DNA from: Amoebophrya sp. A120 | Taxonomy: Eukaryota; Protista; Dinoflagellata | Assembly (NCBI GenBank): GCA_905178155.1 | Contig: CAJINV010000016.1 | Location: forward strand, 1,021,386 to 1,085,385 | Direction: 5' to 3' | Length of the DNA: 64,000 nucleotides | Shown: one piece after another, positions 60,501 to 64,000 of the stretch | Numbering within the stretch: the stretch's first letter is position 1 | Layout: each line of letters begins with the position of its first letter | Made by a program: the position numbers and the translations under genes | Notes under the pieces: generated by a model | The model's database searches: none | What the model saw: only the letters and a program-made list of their open reading frames with translations | Told to the model about the DNA's origin: nothing

Positions 60501-61475
60501 CGCTTCGCAGACACGGTCGGGTTGAACATCATGGGAATGAATTGTTTTAGCTTCACGAGCTGCTCGTCCGACACCTCCAGGTCCCCGTACGTCAACTCCA
60601 CCCAAAACCCCAACTGGGGGTCGTACCGGTCGGAATATGCAATACAAAACTGGCACCATCACTTCCGCCTTGCAGCATCACAAAAAGCACAGATAGAAGT
60701 CAGTAAATGTTTTGGTTTGCATTCTGGGAAAGATGACAGTTTTGCATATCATATCCAGAGAGCAAAACTCACAACCTTCCGGTAGATTTTCCAGGAGGAT
60801 GACGTGTACATGTTCCCGCGAATGTACTGCTCCGCCAGGTGGCTCAGCAGCTGGTAGTTCATGTGTTTTCCCTTTTTCTTGTAGATGTTCTGGATTTCCA
60901 CCGTGCTGTACTTCTTGCCAAGCTCGGCGGTGGGGTCGTCAAAAAATCTGCGAGCGGTGTCGACCAAAACCGGATCCGTCAGAACTGGCGTGAGCCGCCC
61001 CGTGGTTTCGATTTTGTGGATCAAAAAACTCAGGTCACAGTGGGCTGCAGTAACGTCGACGCAGGCGTCCAACTCCTCCTCACTCAAATTGAGTAGACAA
61101 GTCAAAGTTTCCGCAGGTGGGTATGCAGATGAAAAACAAACCAAGTGCAAATTTGTCATGCAAAAAATGAAGAAAGATCAAGACTATGACAGCCACGATG
61201 TAAGACATTTGTCATGCCATTTATGCGATAGTCAGGTAATAAGGCATCTACACTTGGTATTTTTTTCACCCCATATGTATCCTCTCCAACCGATCGGATT
61301 ATTTTCCTGGAGGTCCCTGTCGGTCTGCGCAACCACCTCTCCACCCTCACGCTCGATGATCTGCTTCACTTCGTCCGGGTTCATGTTCTCGATGTTCGCA
61401 TACTTCAAGGATTCCACCGGATCGGTCAGAGCGCTGAGATACATCAACCACTTCCCCTTGTTTGGCTTCACCAGT
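57600..61475 (-). CDS. Multi-exon orphan gene(s); coding blocks approx. 61260-61475, 60760-61115, 60230-60640, 59690-60000, 59170-59560, 58805-59000, 57895-58615, 57600-57730
   Basis: Series of same-strand ORF blocks with strong C/G third-position bias separated by ~120-200-bp AT-rich spacers rich in GCATNACA; exact splice sites not resolved. Confidence 0.6.
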
Positions 61476-62780
61476 ATGAAAATGTAAAACTTACGGCGAA
61501 TAGAATGTAGTCAGAAGTCATGAGGGGGTAATGCATCTTGAGCCCACCTGCGCATCATGCTTTCTCTGCATGACAAGTCGTTGCTTTTCCACATTCAACA
61601 GCATGAAATTCTTGCATGCAAGTATGTAGCTACAGTGTCATGCTGGAAGGCTATCTGAAACCGACTAGATGCGAGCACATAGTAGCACTATCTATGCGCT
61701 TTGCTTGCAGACTATTCGTCGTGTTTTACATTGCGCAAGAGCCCGCGCAACGATAGCCGCACCTTGCCACCGGGTTGCGTTGTTGTGCGTAATCATCTGA
61801 CCTGAAATATGATTCATTTTGTGACATGGTTGAAGACAAAAACAGGCCGTGACGCTGGGGAAGATAATATAGATAATCTAGATAGCAAGCTCATTAAAGT
61901 GTACTAAATTGATGAGAAAAAAACTGAATCCCGGCGCCATACTGGCGCAGCGCGGGCAAAAAAGCGCGACTGGCAAAGCTGGCGTGGTAGGAAAGCAGAC
62001 GACTTTTCGTCTGAAAAAGGCAAAAAGACTAAAGTGATCAATTTTGATCAATTCTGAAAGCCAATCCGCATGCTATGGTGCTCTGGAGAGGCTTCGGACC
62101 TGTGAAAAAACCTAGCACGAAGCAAAAAAGAGTCCATTTTTGACGATTTTCAAAAGCTAGCCCCGAGCTAACGAGGTTGATTTTTTCGTTCGGACCTGTG
62201 AAAAAACTAGTTTTCCGGATCCGGTAGAAACGAGCCTTGATTCTGGCTCCAAAAATTGACCCGTTCCACGACCTGAGTAGGTCTATTCATTACAGAAATA
62301 CCAACCCCCCCTAGAAGGGGCGTCTCCTCGTCCTGGTCATCTAGCGGAGAAAGTGATTGTTTTTATTACAAAAAGTGCTGGTTTGTCAAAGATCAAAAGA
62401 CAAGAAGAAAGTAGGTTCTTTCTGTGATGCTGCGCCTTTTGTATATGGATCGAATCAGTACCAGTAGGGAGATGTATACTGTACATGTCTAAGGAAACAA
62501 CTTTTGTTATAGCTTACGGTCCCGAAAAGCAGCTTCTGCATTCTGGTAGTCCCCATCTCGGACCATTTGATCACGGAACGGGCGGTGGACGTTCGGGGTC
62601 GGCCCCAATTCCTCCGCGAGCAGATCACTGGCGAGCTTCAGCAGCTGCGCCTGGATGCTACCACTGCAGTATCACGTAAAAAAAAATGCTCTTTTGCTGG
62701 TTCCACAGGATAATGAGGCTTGAAGTTGTGAAGCCTTATCGCCTAATGAAACCAGAAGAGACAGCGGAAGTTTTTCACTA

Positions 62781-63930
62781 TCATATGTTGTGGGTCATCA
62801 TCTTCCGCTCCATGGCGCGGTACGCTTCCAAGTTCGGGAAAATATTTATGCATTACAAATCTTGAAAATATCCATTTTATGCATTACAAATGCTACTTAG
62901 AATTATGCATCACAAACCTGCCGCAAGATCGTTTTTAATGCGAAAACCAGCACCATGCGCTACAGTTGTTGGTTACAATGGACAGCTTCAAGGTCGTTTT
63001 GGATATCATCTTTCACCATATTGTTGCACATGTGCATCTTGGCGCATTGCATCGCGCCCGGTTTATGAACAAACAAAGAAAATCAAAAAGACACACACGT
63101 AGACTACATCATCATAGTAACCGACAAAATAGGCCACCAATAGAGTGCAGAAGTGGCTTAGACGCACCGCGTGACAGCTCGCTAATGGGCTTGATGACAA
63201 GAAAAGTCATCTTTGATTGCAACGTAGTTCCACCGTGTATAATGTCATGCAGGATGGTGTGGCTGCTCTCTGATAATGATATACATAATTTAACATGACA
63301 CCGTGGTGCGTAATATTATCCACCAGCGGACTACATCCATAATTTTACTCCATGTAGTCAGGTGGTGGATAATGTTATGCAGGATGGTGCTACACGTGCA
63401 TAAATTTAACATTTTTTTTGATTTTCTTTGATTTTCATACGGCTGGTGCTGGTACCAGGATTCCAAAAGTCGGATGTTGTCGCTTCCCTGGTCGACCATC
63501 TGGTGGCACTCGAAGGCGCCCTTGCTGTTCTGTCGGTCTTGCATAGAATCTGGTTTATTTATCAAATAGGCATTTGTAATGCGGTAATTCACTAGTAAAA
63601 GGCAACCAAAAAACCACTTCTGCATGCGTTTCGTCCAAAGCTAAATTTGTGAAACCCGAAGCCACATAGTAAAGCACCGACATTGACATCGCCAATCGGT
63701 GTGTTCTTGTGTATGAACGTCTCCTGGAATGGTTTCAAGCCGAAGTACTGTGTTAGCAACGCCCAAATCGCACAGGCCAGGAACTGCGTCGCGACCAATT
63801 CACCGCCGTCGTACAACCTGTTGATGGATCCGGTCTGGAAGGCGAGAGCCACCATGCACAGGTCGTTGAACTTGTGTTGCCCCTGCACTTTCCACTCAAG
63901 TATCCTTCTGAAAAGCAGTACTGGCGTCGA
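62781..63930 (-). CDS. 3' exons of another orphan multi-exon gene entering from beyond the window
   Basis: Coding blocks ~63630-63930, ~63410-63570 and last exon IFPNLEAYRAMERKMMTHNI* ending 62781. Confidence 0.5.
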
Positions 63931-64000
63931 TTTGTAATGCAAAATAAGCATCAAGCTCTGTACTTTTACTACCTTTGATATGCATTACAAATTGACTACA

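Larger units (their letters stand above)
54452..64000. mobile_element. Candidate large insertion (or rearrangement breakpoint) running past the window end
   Basis: Abrupt break in an introner and host gene; starts cccctgtctcgccc; different gene content; right end not visible. Confidence 0.4.

Noticed and set aside
1-64000. General stop-codon reassignment
   Set aside because: Only two isolated in-frame stops among several thousand reconstructed codons; Gln and Trp use standard codons

Overview
Eukaryotic protist DNA. The intron style strongly resembles the parasitic dinoflagellate Amoebophrya/Syndiniales (inference). Three layers are visible. (1) Host genes, including an AlkB-like 2OG-Fe(II) dioxygenase and two very large, probably secreted paralogous proteins (32557-46175, ~3147 aa; 48032->54223). 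They are interrupted by ~29 non-canonical, MITE-like 'introner' introns. These have TA...TA-type terminal inverted repeats and 5-bp direct repeats, and removing the element plus one direct repeat restores the reading frame. Members of the same family occur in both orientations within one gene, and two sit back-to-back at one site. (2) A ~19.6-kb (as assembled) tyrosine-recombinase retrotransposon, 10062-29694, inserted without target duplication into a host ORF that rejoins in frame. Its layout is unusual: A1-[gag-like, 3 accessory ORFs, YR]-B1A2-[RT/RNase H]-B2. The BA junction is a loxP-like palindrome, gag and RT carry GT(GC)-AG introns, and two gag copies differ by exactly one intron. (3) From ~54452 to the window end, an unrelated block cuts off an introner and its host gene. 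It carries a PD-(D/E)xK-like nuclease ORF and multi-exon orphan genes on the minus strand, and is a candidate large insertion. N-gaps at 16775, 20206-20305 and 25421-25813 make some duplications inside the element possible assembly artefacts.
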